Positions 19,250-28,793 of a DNA stretch of 32,000 nt are shown here, piece after piece (position 1 is the first letter of the stretch; every line of letters starts with the position of its first letter). Source of the stretch: Promethearchaeota archaeon. Lineage in GTDB: Archaea; Asgardarchaeota; Lokiarchaeia; Sigyniarchaeales; SOKP01. The DNA is taken from NCBI GenBank assembly GCA_030606485.1, contig JAUWGH010000001.1:570001-602000 (forward strand). The letters run 5' to 3'. Under the pieces are notes generated by a model that was given only the letters and a program-made list of their open reading frames with translations, searched no databases and had not been told where the DNA came from. The translations under genes and the position numbers were made by a program.

Positions 19250-20080
19250 TTAAAATTTTTGAAATACCAAAAGAATACTATGACCACTAAATTTTATTAA
19301 TATTTTATCAAGAAGTACTTTTATGAGATTTATAAAATTTGAATTCCTCTTATCGTATAAAATTTGTAAGAATCTTTTAATGAAAAATTTTAGAAAAAAA
19401 ATATCATCCTTAAATCCCTTTATCCCATCGAATGGCTTTGCGTATTTTAATTTTAACCCTAAATTATTAAAATCTTTAATTACTTCATCTTTATTTAAAA
19501 TATATTGATAAAAATTCTTGGAAGCTGCTTTATTTAGATAAAAATTTTGATTCATAACTTTATATAAATGAAAATTAACGTTTAATTTTCGAAAAGGGGA
19601 CATATAGGGAAATGTAAGAAAAAGATAGCCCTTTGATTTGATAACTCTCTCCATTTCCTTTGCGACTTCATTATAACCTTCAAAAAAATGTTCAATAACA
19701 CCTATAGACCAATAACCAGCAAAATAGTTATCTGGAAAAGGAATTTTTCTAACATCAGCCAGCTGAACTTTAATTTCAGGAACTTCCTTTTTTAACCGCC
19801 TAATAGTAGCCTTAGCAGAATCAATTCCAATTGCATCGAAATTCATCCTCTTTAACTGATAAACTTTATTACCTAATCCACACCCCCCTTCAAGAATAGG
19901 ACCATCTTCAGGAATTAAAAATCTCTGTGTAATTTTGCATACTAAGGATTTTGGATTAAGATTTAAAACATTGGTCCTTAAAATATCAGAATTTTTTAGC
20001 CAATGTAAATCCCAAAAATTTTTCCTCATTTTCTTACGAAAATGGAGTATTTTTTTTCTTTTCTTATCAAAATATATCAT
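19250..20080 (-). CDS. Class I SAM-dependent methyltransferase
   Basis: ILEGGCGLG, AIGIDS, ADVRKIPFPDNYFAGYWSIGVIEH, GYLFLTFP. Confidence 0.88.
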   Translation of the reverse strand: MIYFDKKRKKILHFRKKMRKNFWDLHWLKNSDILRTNVLNLNPKSLVCKITQRFLIPEDGPILEGGCGLGNKVYQLKRMNFDAIGIDSAKATIRRLKKEVPEIKVQLADVRKIPFPDNYFAGYWSIGVIEHFFEGYNEVAKEMERVIKSKGYLFLTFPYMSPFRKLNVNFHLYKVMNQNFYLNKAASKNFYQYILNKDEVIKDFNNLGLKLKYAKPFDGIKGFKDDIFFLKFFIKRFLQILYDKRNSNFINLIKVLLDKILIKFSGHSILLVFQKF

Positions 20081-20158
20081 AACAAAGAAAAAATTAATTT
20101 GTTTTCTATAATTGTTTATTATGTAATATTATAGTTTAAGATTGTAATAAAAATTTTT

Positions 20159-21334
20159 TTGGATGTTTTAACAACAGTGAATATATTACTTACTTTCACT
20201 TACGGTGTTTCTTTAGAGCAATGGTATAATTTAGGAATAATTTTTAGGGAAATAGAATTATATAAAAGGCTTTTTCGGAAAAATGTTAATTTTACTTTCT
20301 TAACATACGGAGATCATAAAGATTTAGGTTATTCTAAACTCTTAGGTAAAATTAAAATTATTCCCGTTTTAAATTATATTAAATCAAAAGATGGTAAGGT
20401 TCAGTTTTTAAAATCCTTATTTTTACCTTTTAAACTTAAAGAAAGATTCATGGAAGTAGATATCATTAAAACTAACCAAATGGATGGAAGTTTGATAGCA
20501 TGTATTGCTAAATTGTTATTTAGAAAAAAATTAATCATCAGATGTGGTTTTGAAAAGTTTAGATTTTTCTTGTTTAAAGAAAAGGAAAAAAAAAAGAAGA
20601 ATTATTTCAAATATTTATTAAAATACATTTGGATATATTTTCTTGAATTGATATCTTATAAAATAGCAGATGGAATCATTCTAACAAGCAAGCTCGATAT
20701 CGATTTTATCATTAATAAATTTAACTTAGAAAAAAAAAGAATATTGATCCGCCATTTCTATAATTATATAGATGTGGATTTATTCAAACCTTTAAATTTA
20801 GAGAAAAAGGAAAAACATGTATTATTTATTGGAAGATTAAATGAACAAAAAAATTTGTTTAATTTATTACAAGCTTTTAAAAAATTAGACGGCTTCACAT
20901 TAGATCTAATCGGAGAAGGGCATTTAAAGGAGAAGTTAAAAGAGAAATCTGAAGAATATAGAATTAAAATCAATTTTTTAGAACGATTTCCAAATAATAA
21001 AATACCTGAAATATTAAATCAATATCAAATTTTTATTTTACCTTCGCATTTTGAAGGAAATCCAAAAGTTTTATTAGAAGCAATGAGTTGTGGAATTCCT
21101 TGTATAGGTACGGATGTTTATGGTATTAATAATATAATTATACATAAAAAAAATGGGTATTTATGTAAAACAAATGCCAAATCTATAAGAAATGCGATAT
21201 TATCGCTTTATAATCAACGAGATCTAAGAGAAAATATTGGAAAAAATGCAAGAAATTTTATTTTAGAAAATTGTTCTTTAGAAACAATTGCCAATAAAGA
21301 ATATAAATTTTATAGGGAAATCTTAAATGGTTGA
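20159..21334 (+). CDS. Glycosyltransferase family 4; start is TTG 20159 or more likely GTG 20177
   Basis: NILLTFTYGVSL..W N-terminus, LFIGRLNEQKNL, PSHFEGNPKVLLEAMSCGIPCIGTDV. Confidence 0.9.
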   Translation: MDVLTTVNILLTFTYGVSLEQWYNLGIIFREIELYKRLFRKNVNFTFLTYGDHKDLGYSKLLGKIKIIPVLNYIKSKDGKVQFLKSLFLPFKLKERFMEVDIIKTNQMDGSLIACIAKLLFRKKLIIRCGFEKFRFFLFKEKEKKKKNYFKYLLKYIWIYFLELISYKIADGIILTSKLDIDFIINKFNLEKKRILIRHFYNYIDVDLFKPLNLEKKEKHVLFIGRLNEQKNLFNLLQAFKKLDGFTLDLIGEGHLKEKLKEKSEEYRIKINFLERFPNNKIPEILNQYQIFILPSHFEGNPKVLLEAMSCGIPCIGTDVYGINNIIIHKKNGYLCKTNAKSIRNAILSLYNQRDLRENIGKNARNFILENCSLETIANKEYKFYREILNG

Positions 21335-21438
21335 AATTTAATTTCATCTTCTTAAAATACTACTTTACTTAATTATATAATCAAAATCTAATATATTAAT
21401 CAAATTTTGAAATCTATGAATTTTAATAATCATAATTT

Positions 21439-21597
21439 ATGATAAAGAAAAAAATTATAATTATAACTGGAACGCTTGGCTTCATCGGTTCACACACATC
21501 AGAAAGGTTAATTGAGAATGGAAATTTTTTAATTCTAGTCGGTAAATTCAATAATTTTTATTTTGGAAAAGAAAAATTTTTGAATATTCTAATTTAA
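21439..21597 (+). pseudogene. Truncated NAD-dependent epimerase/dehydratase remnant (Rossmann N-terminus)
   Basis: 52 aa, below the track cutoff: MIKKKIIIITGTLGFIGSHTSERLIENGNFLILVGKFNNFYFGKEKFLNILI*, with a decayed TGGAGFIGSH motif. A further SS..YG-like patch (KKIIISSERTFYGVPY) lies at 22018-22065. Confidence 0.7.
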
Positions 21598-22352
21598 AAT
21601 TATTAAATAAAAATAGAGGAAATTTTAAGTTTTCAATTATCTATTCTTTTTTAAATTTCTTAGCTTAAATAACTTTTCTATACTATTTCTATAACATTTT
21701 AATTTATGTCGTAACTTTTATTAGAGCATAAAATATATTTTTTTCTATGTTCAATCTCAACGCCACTCGTATAAAAATTATTAAGAAAATTAATTAAAAT
21801 TTGAGACTTAAGTTAAAAGAAATTATTTTTTATTGCTAAGAATCCCAATTATTGACCAAAAAATATAAATAGAAGTTTTAATAATGGTTAATTAAGAAAA
21901 ATGTGAATAGATGCATCATGATACGGATTCTATATAAAAGAAAAGCAAATATTTTTCAGACTCAATTAACTGATTTTATAGATTATAAAAGGGTTGAAAT
22001 TTATAAGATGTGGGAATAAAAAGATTATAATTTCGTCAGAAAGAACTTTTTATGGAGTCCCGTACGTCGATATAATAAGTATGATAAATCGGAAGAACTA
22101 ACAAACCTTTTAAGTTAGCCAGAATTCAAAGTTATTTATCTCAATAAAAAATATATTTTTAACGTCAGAATAAATGGATAATTATTTTCTCAGAAAACTT
22201 TTTAATTAAATTCTTAAATTAAATTAATTTATTGCTTTATAAATTATGATAGGAATGGAAATATCAATTCTATATGAATGTTAAGACATACTAAAAACAG
22301 ATTTAAGTAATAACAAATTATTCTCTTAATAATAAAACAATATAAATAAAAA

Positions 22353-23177
22353 ATGATTAATTTTATTAAATCGATTAAGTCTAATATATCAAAATCTCTT
22401 GCTTTAACAGAAAAAAATATTAAATTAAATCTGAGATTTAAATTTACTATCCTATTTTCTTATATAACTCCTATTATTGCTATATTAATGCCACTTATTA
22501 TAATGAGTCAATTTTTCCAATTTAAAGAACAATTTGGTAATTGGACAATTGAAAATTATTTTTTATATCAATTTATAGCCTATAATATCATTCTTTTGAG
22601 AGGGATTATAACTGAATTTCCAACCCAATTTCGTATTGAAAAATTTTGGAAAACTCTCCCTGCTCTTATGATCGCACCATTTAATAGATTTAATTTATTG
22701 ATAGGAATTTTTTTATCAAAAATATTTTTGATTTTAATCCCATTTACTCTGTTTTTTATAGTATCTTGTATTTTTATCCCAATTTCATTTATTACTGGTA
22801 TTTTTATCATTGGAATTTATTTTGGTATCGCCTTAATATTTAGTGGAATTGGTCTTATAATCGGGGTTTTTGCTGTTTCTAATGAAAATGTTTGGAGATT
22901 ATTAATGTTTTCTATTAATATTATCTTTTGGGCAAGTTGTCTTACATACCCTTTTGAACTATTTCCAGCGATTTTTCAAACCGTAATTAATTTAAATCCA
23001 CTATATTATTTATTTGATATTTTAAGATTGACATGGATTGAGAATAATCCACTATTTACATTCATTTTATATCCTTATCATTCCCTTATATTTTTTTCAA
23101 GTTTAATAGTTATTCCATGTATTGGTGTTTTAGTATTTAATATGATTTTTAAAAAATATGGAATTGTTGGATATTAA
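22353..23177 (+). CDS. ABC-2 type transporter permease
   Basis: About 6 hydrophobic helices; EKFWKTLPALMIAPFNR, CLTYPFELFP...INLNPLYY ABC-2 pattern; stop abuts the ATPase ATG. Confidence 0.88.
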   Translation: MINFIKSIKSNISKSLALTEKNIKLNLRFKFTILFSYITPIIAILMPLIIMSQFFQFKEQFGNWTIENYFLYQFIAYNIILLRGIITEFPTQFRIEKFWKTLPALMIAPFNRFNLLIGIFLSKIFLILIPFTLFFIVSCIFIPISFITGIFIIGIYFGIALIFSGIGLIIGVFAVSNENVWRLLMFSINIIFWASCLTYPFELFPAIFQTVINLNPLYYLFDILRLTWIENNPLFTFILYPYHSLIFFSSLIVIPCIGVLVFNMIFKKYGIVGY

Positions 23178-24095
23178 ATGGTTAGAAACATAATTGAAAC
23201 ATTTGATTTATCAAAAAAATATAAACTTAAAGGAAGAAAAAAAGAAATAATTGCTTTAAATAAAGTAAATATTTCAATAAAAGAAGGAGAAATTTTTGGA
23301 TTATTAGGACCAAACGGTGCGGGAAAAACTACAATGGTTCAAATTCTAACAACATTATTACAACCAACAAGTGGGTATGCTATAATTGATGGATATAATA
23401 TTCTTAAAAAACCTAGGCAAGTTAAAAATAGAGTTGGTCTTATGCTTGAAAGTGATATGTTATATTATAGAATTACAGCTTATGATAATTTAAAATTTTT
23501 TTCCAAGATATATGATGTTTCAAATTATGACAAAAAAATTCATAATCTTGCTAAAGAGTTTGGGATAGAAAAGTGGCTCAATCAATATGTTGAAAATTTT
23601 TCTAGCGGTATGAAAATGAAACTTGCGTTATGTAGAACCTTATTATTAAAGCCTAAAATCTTATTTTTAGATGAACCAACATTGGGTTTAGATGTACAAA
23701 CTACTAGTTTCATTGTCAATAAATTAAAAAATTTAAATCGAACAATCTTTTTAACAAGCCATGATATGAATGTAGTTGAAAAATTGTGTAATCGCATAGC
23801 CTTTATTAATAACGGAGAAATTGTAAAAATTGGTGCTCAAGAAGAAATGAAAAGATTAATACAGACAGAAATTAAGGTTGTCATAGAAATAGTCGATAAT
23901 AAAAATCAATTGAAATTTGAATTAGATCAGAAAGAATTCATAAAGGATATTGTTTATATGAATAAAGGTTTTATTATTAGTCTTAAAAGTAGAGAAAATT
24001 ATCAAGATTTAATGTTAATTTTGAGTAAATATAAAATTTTAAAGATAAAAGAGCAAGACTTATCTCTTGAAGATTTATTTTTAAAAATAGTCTAA
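23178..24095 (+). CDS. ABC transporter ATP-binding protein (ABC-2/NodI-like)
   Basis: Walker A GPNGAGKT, signature FSSGM, Walker B ILFLDEPT, H-loop TSH. Confidence 0.93.
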   Translation: MVRNIIETFDLSKKYKLKGRKKEIIALNKVNISIKEGEIFGLLGPNGAGKTTMVQILTTLLQPTSGYAIIDGYNILKKPRQVKNRVGLMLESDMLYYRITAYDNLKFFSKIYDVSNYDKKIHNLAKEFGIEKWLNQYVENFSSGMKMKLALCRTLLLKPKILFLDEPTLGLDVQTTSFIVNKLKNLNRTIFLTSHDMNVVEKLCNRIAFINNGEIVKIGAQEEMKRLIQTEIKVVIEIVDNKNQLKFELDQKEFIKDIVYMNKGFIISLKSRENYQDLMLILSKYKILKIKEQDLSLEDLFLKIV

Positions 24096-24118
24096 AAATT
24101 CTTAGATTAAACCAAGAT

Positions 24119-25046
24119 ATGATAAAGATTAATCTTAAATTTAAAATTTAAACTATTTATTAAAAATATTATCCCAAAATTTACGCTTATTAGGTTATTA
24201 TCGATTTATTCGAAATGGAAAACAATAAAGCATAAAAAAATCTTTAAGACAGCATCAGAAACTCCCGCTTGGCTAAATTCAAATGGACTTAACACTCTTC
24301 AACAAAAATATCCTCCCATCAAGATTCCTAAATACGATGAAAAGAGTATTGAGAAAAGGAGGAAAAGGAGAGTAGAAGATATTATTAATATAATTGGTCC
24401 AAAGTTTAAAAAAATAAATACTTTTCTTGAATTAGGTTGCAGAGACGGAATGAAATGTTACTTTTTACAATGTTTAGGGAAAAAAGCGAAAGGTATTGAT
24501 ATTACATCTAGGAATTTCAGTAATAAAGCTATAAATAAAGGTGTAATTCTTCTGGAAATGGACGTTGCCGATTTAAAATTCGAAGTTGAGAGTTATGATT
24601 TTATCTTTTCATATAATTCATTTGAACGCTTACTTGAACCAGAATTAGTACTAAAAGAGGCTATACATGTTGTTAAAAAAAAAGGAAATATTTTTCTTTT
24701 TTTTGGACCATTGTATATGTCCCCTTGGGGTTTACATACATATAGAACAATCACAATCCCTTATTGTCAATTTCTTTTTCAAAAACATATGCTCAAAAAT
24801 TTCAGTAGAAGAGTAAAGGGATTAAAGCCCTTGGGAGATTCTCAACTTAATAAATGGTCAGTAGAAGATTTTCGTAAATTATGGGAAAAATGTTCTAATC
24901 GACTAAAGAAAGTTAAGTATTATGAAATATCTGATATATCTCACCTTAATTTATTTATGCAATATACTCAATGTTTTAGAAGTAAAACGACAAACTTTGA
25001 TGATTTAATTGCTTCTCATTTAATAATATTATTTAAAAAAATTTAA
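24119..25046 (+). CDS. Class I SAM methyltransferase; true 5' end lies well upstream of the track ORF (24450) and is frameshifted or uses a non-canonical start
   Basis: Frame is open from 24126 to 25046; motif I FLELGCRDG lies immediately upstream of ATG 24450. ATG 24119 is in another frame and joins if one A is removed from the A4 at 24143-24146. Confidence 0.75.
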
Positions 25047-25089
25047 GATATTTAATTTTCAATGAGAATAATTAATTCTAAAACAATAA

Positions 25090-25515
25090 TTAAAATTCAC
25101 GTACAATTTTTTTAAAAGTAGAGTAATCATAAATATAATCATCCTCATTATAAAATTCAGAAGTTAATACTAAACAAACAGATCCAGAAGAAAAATTCTC
25201 AATTTCCCGCCATATCAGTGCTGGTAAATATAAACCAAAATATGATCTATTTAAATTAATTGTTTTTCTATTAAATCCATCATCTATAACGACATCAAAA
25301 CTACCAGAAGCAGCAATTATAAATTGTTTTAATATAAAATGAGCATGTCCTCCTCTTGTCTCTCCTCCTGGGACATCATAAAGATAAAAGACCCTTTTTA
25401 TATCAAAAGGGATATGTCTGCTATTTTCTATAAATGTAAGATTTCCTCTTGCGTCATATATTTTAGGTAATTTAATTATTCTACAATCTTCTATATTGCT
25501 CTTTTTTTTGGTCAT
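25090..25515 (-). CDS. fdtA: Sugar 3,4-ketoisomerase, FdtA/QdtA family (second copy)
   Basis: 108/141 identical (about 77%, hand count) to 1464..1895; GGHAH motif intact. Confidence 0.92.
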   Translation of the reverse strand: MTKKKSNIEDCRIIKLPKIYDARGNLTFIENSRHIPFDIKRVFYLYDVPGGETRGGHAHFILKQFIIAASGSFDVVIDDGFNRKTINLNRSYFGLYLPALIWREIENFSSGSVCLVLTSEFYNEDDYIYDYSTFKKIVREF

Positions 25516-25726
25516 TTATATTTCTCTAGTTATTTTATAATACTTGACATTTAATTTTTAGCAACTACAATATAACAAAAATAAATAAATTAAAAAATGT
25601 TTTAGTTTCAAAAAGAGCTTAAATTTATTAAAATGATTTGGAGATTGAATAAATTTAAGGAGAAAAATAAAGGCAAAACCATCCTTCATGAATTGCCTTA
25701 CTGAAATAATGAGAAAATGATTAAAT

Positions 25727-26827
25727 TTGATATTATTCATTAATTTTAAGAAAGCATATGCTGAAATTAAAGAAGAAATACAAAAGGCAATTGAAAGAGT
25801 TTTTGAGAGACAATGGTTTATACTTGGAGAAGAATTAGAAAAATTTGAAAAAGAATTTTCAGATTATAATGGATTAAAGTATGGAATTGGAGTAAATTCG
25901 GGTTCTGATGCTCTTTATTTGGCTGTTTTAGCTAGTGGTATTAGTAAAGGAGATGAGATCATTACTATTTCACATACAATGACATCTACAGTAGATGCCA
26001 TTGTGAGAAGTGGAGCAAAACCAGTATTCGTAGATATAGATCCAATGACATATACTATGGATCCATTAAAGATTGAAGAAAAAATAACGATGAGGACTAA
26101 AGCGATAATGCTTGTGCATTTATATGGTAATCCTACAGATATGGATCCTATATTGGAATTGTCGGTCAAATATAATTTATTAATAATAGAAGATGCGTGC
26201 CAAGCCCATGGAGCAGAATATAAAGGTAAAAAAGTAGGCAGTATTGGCGATATAGGATGCTTCAGCTTTTATCCTACGAAAAATCTTGGAGCTTATGGTG
26301 ATGCTGGAATGATTGTAACAAACAACGAGGAATTGGCCTTAAAATTTAAGTTATATAGAAATTATGGACAGAGAAAAAGATATTATCATAATTTTATAGG
26401 TATTAATAGTAGATTAGATGAGATTCAAGCGGCTATTTTAAGAGTAAAATTAAAATATTTGGATAATTGGAACAATAAAAGAAGAAAAAATGCTAATCTC
26501 TATGATGAATTATTAGAAGAATCTAATGTAATTACACCAATAGAAAAGGAATATGCAAAACATATCTATCATTTATATGTGATTCGTTCTAAAAATAGAG
26601 ATAAATTGAAAGATTATCTCGACAAACATGAGATTCAAACATATATCCATTACCCTATTCCAGTACATCAATCAAAAGCATATTTAGAATATAAAAAAAT
26701 ATACAAATTGCCTGTTACAGAAAGAATTTGTAATGAAATCCTCTCATTGCCAATGCATCCATGGTTGACAAAAGAAGAAATCGAATCGATCTCTGAATTA
26801 ATTCAACAGTTTCTTACTACGAATTAA
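25727..26827 (+). CDS. fdtB: DegT-family aminotransferase, FdtB/QdtB-like (second copy)
   Basis: About 73% identical (97 mismatches in 365, hand count) to 151..1248; SFYPTKNLG; same TTG ATA TTA start. Confidence 0.9.
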   Translation: MILFINFKKAYAEIKEEIQKAIERVFERQWFILGEELEKFEKEFSDYNGLKYGIGVNSGSDALYLAVLASGISKGDEIITISHTMTSTVDAIVRSGAKPVFVDIDPMTYTMDPLKIEEKITMRTKAIMLVHLYGNPTDMDPILELSVKYNLLIIEDACQAHGAEYKGKKVGSIGDIGCFSFYPTKNLGAYGDAGMIVTNNEELALKFKLYRNYGQRKRYYHNFIGINSRLDEIQAAILRVKLKYLDNWNNKRRKNANLYDELLEESNVITPIEKEYAKHIYHLYVIRSKNRDKLKDYLDKHEIQTYIHYPIPVHQSKAYLEYKKIYKLPVTERICNEILSLPMHPWLTKEEIESISELIQQFLTTN

Positions 26828-26833
26828 AAAAAG

Positions 26834-27589
26834 TTAACTCTTTTTATAAACATATAAGTATTTACCCTGTTCATTACGAGAACCCCACATATGTTCTCTG
26901 TAAATTCTTTTGAATCCTATACTTTGTATCACACCGTCAAAAATACTCTCATATTTCTGATTATATTTAAGTGCAAGACTATAATTATCCTTAAATCTTG
27001 CTGTAAAAAATAAAAGCCCATTCTCAATTAAATGTTGATGTAAATGACGAATAATTTTTTCTGGATCTGTGGTATGCATAACTACTTCAAAACAAGTTAT
27101 TGCTTCATAGGAATTTTTTAAGGGTTGATCAGATATAATCTCGATAATATCTATAGATAAATTTCTTCTTTTAAATCTCCATTTTGCAAAATCTAATGTT
27201 AATCCTGGTATATCACACGCAATAGCTTTTAATCCACACATAGCCGCATCAATGCTATCTTGTCCCACTCCACAACCAAAATCTAGAACAGTTTGAATTT
27301 TATGTTTTTTCATTATTTCAATACACCGCTTACGCATCATAGCTTTAGCCTCTGTGGCGTGATATTCCATGAGTTCAAAGATATAATTCTCCGTATTTGC
27401 ATAAAAGTTCATTAATTCCTTAGAATTAGTAATATCAAGGTTCATCTGTTTAAATTCTTCTTCCGTTACATTAGACCATTTATTATAACCTTTGTACTTA
27501 TTAGAAATCTCATAATATTTTTTTAATAACGTATCTAGGTCAATTAACAAATATTCAGCAATCTCTGAAAAAGCTTCTTGTAAATTCAT
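26834..27589 (-). CDS. Class I SAM-dependent methyltransferase linked to fdtA/fdtB
   Basis: VLDFGCGVG, IACDIPG, YEAITCFEVVMH, GLLFFT; paralog begins at 147 on the left edge. Confidence 0.88.
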   Translation of the reverse strand: MNLQEAFSEIAEYLLIDLDTLLKKYYEISNKYKGYNKWSNVTEEEFKQMNLDITNSKELMNFYANTENYIFELMEYHATEAKAMMRKRCIEIMKKHKIQTVLDFGCGVGQDSIDAAMCGLKAIACDIPGLTLDFAKWRFKRRNLSIDIIEIISDQPLKNSYEAITCFEVVMHTTDPEKIIRHLHQHLIENGLLFFTARFKDNYSLALKYNQKYESIFDGVIQSIGFKRIYREHMWGSRNEQGKYLYVYKKS

Positions 27590-27827
27590 AATTAATCTAG
27601 AATATCAAAAATTGTAAAAAAATTTAGTACGATTTTTAAAAAATATCAAAATAAAATACTTAATTTTTTAAATAATTTTTGTCTTTAAAAATTTTTCAGT
27701 AAAAATTGAAAAAAAAATTTAAATCCATAAACGTTATTGCTATCCTTTAAGGACTAGATTTTCTGTCGTTTTTAAATTAAATTAATATGTTAAGTGTTTT
27801 TTAAGATATGTTGCTTACTAATATATA

Positions 27828-28556
27828 TTAAAGTTTTTCATTATTTTTCAAAATATAAATATCTGCAGACCCCCATGATTTACCAATTAAATGGCGTATC
27901 TTCATAAACATAAATGGAAAAGTTTTATGTAGGCTATAAACTAAATTTAAACAATAAGTATATATGATTTTTAAGTTATTTTCGAAGAAAATCTTTTTCC
28001 ATCTTTTTTTTCTCCAATTAAAAAATGAATGAAATACTGTTTTACTTGTTCCATGACCTTTTATATAGATGAGATTAATTGGATTAACATAACTAAATCG
28101 AACTTTCCCTTGCGGTATTAATAAAACATTTCTAAAATAAGCGATAGGATTAATTAGAAAAGTTAATACAACAATCGGTACCGTTGGGACCGTATGCATC
28201 ATAATTCCACTTTTTTTTAATACTCTTTTCATTTCTGAAAAGGCTTGCGGTAAATCATTAATATGTTCTAAGACATTGGAAGAAAATATTATATCAAAAG
28301 TATTATCAGGAAAACTAATATTTCTTCCATCCATTGGGCAAACATAAGTTTTCATAGGGGTTCTAGGTTTAGGATCTGTTGCTATTACATTCCAACCTTT
28401 ACTTATTAAAATTGATGTCATATGTCCATCACCGGCTCCAATTTCTAAAATCTTTATATTTTTTGTATTATATTTTTCTGAATATGTTTTGAAAACAGAT
28501 TCCAGATTTCCTATTTCATGATCACGTATATAATGAACCCATTCTGGAAATAACAT
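27828..28556 (-). CDS. Class I SAM-dependent methyltransferase
   Basis: ILEIGAGDG, ATDP, DGRNISFPDNTFDIIFSSNVLEH, RVLKKSG. Confidence 0.88.
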   Translation of the reverse strand: MLFPEWVHYIRDHEIGNLESVFKTYSEKYNTKNIKILEIGAGDGHMTSILISKGWNVIATDPKPRTPMKTYVCPMDGRNISFPDNTFDIIFSSNVLEHINDLPQAFSEMKRVLKKSGIMMHTVPTVPIVVLTFLINPIAYFRNVLLIPQGKVRFSYVNPINLIYIKGHGTSKTVFHSFFNWRKKRWKKIFFENNLKIIYTYCLNLVYSLHKTFPFMFMKIRHLIGKSWGSADIYILKNNEKL

Positions 28557-28793
28557 TTTGAGATCTTTCTTTAATCCAATTTTAAGAAAATTATTATATA
28601 ATTGACAAATAAGGATTAAGTTATTAATTATTTTTCGTTAAATAAAAATTCAAAAAATTATAGAAAAAATTTTAAAAATTTTCATTTTCTTATTTTTAAA
28701 TAAAAAAAAATCGATAGAACTCGATTATAAATTATTTTAAAAATGATACTATATTTTATAAGTATAAAAATTAGGAGCTACGATTTTTGAATC

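Noticed and set aside
10432-20593. Poly-A/T tracts of 9-10 nt as phase-variation switches (e.g. ~10432, ~10666, ~20586)
   Set aside because: Such runs are expected at about 75% AT and the host genes are in frame. Only the tracts tied to actual frameshifts are reported.
25558-25740. 60 aa minus-strand ORF between fdtA and fdtB
   Set aside because: Low-complexity F/L/K/I composition, overlaps the fdtB start, and has no counterpart in the paralogous spacer 1249-1463.
151-26827. Cassette duplication as an assembly artefact repeat
   Set aside because: Copies differ at about 25% of amino acids and have unrelated spacers, far beyond collapsed-repeat or strain-level error.
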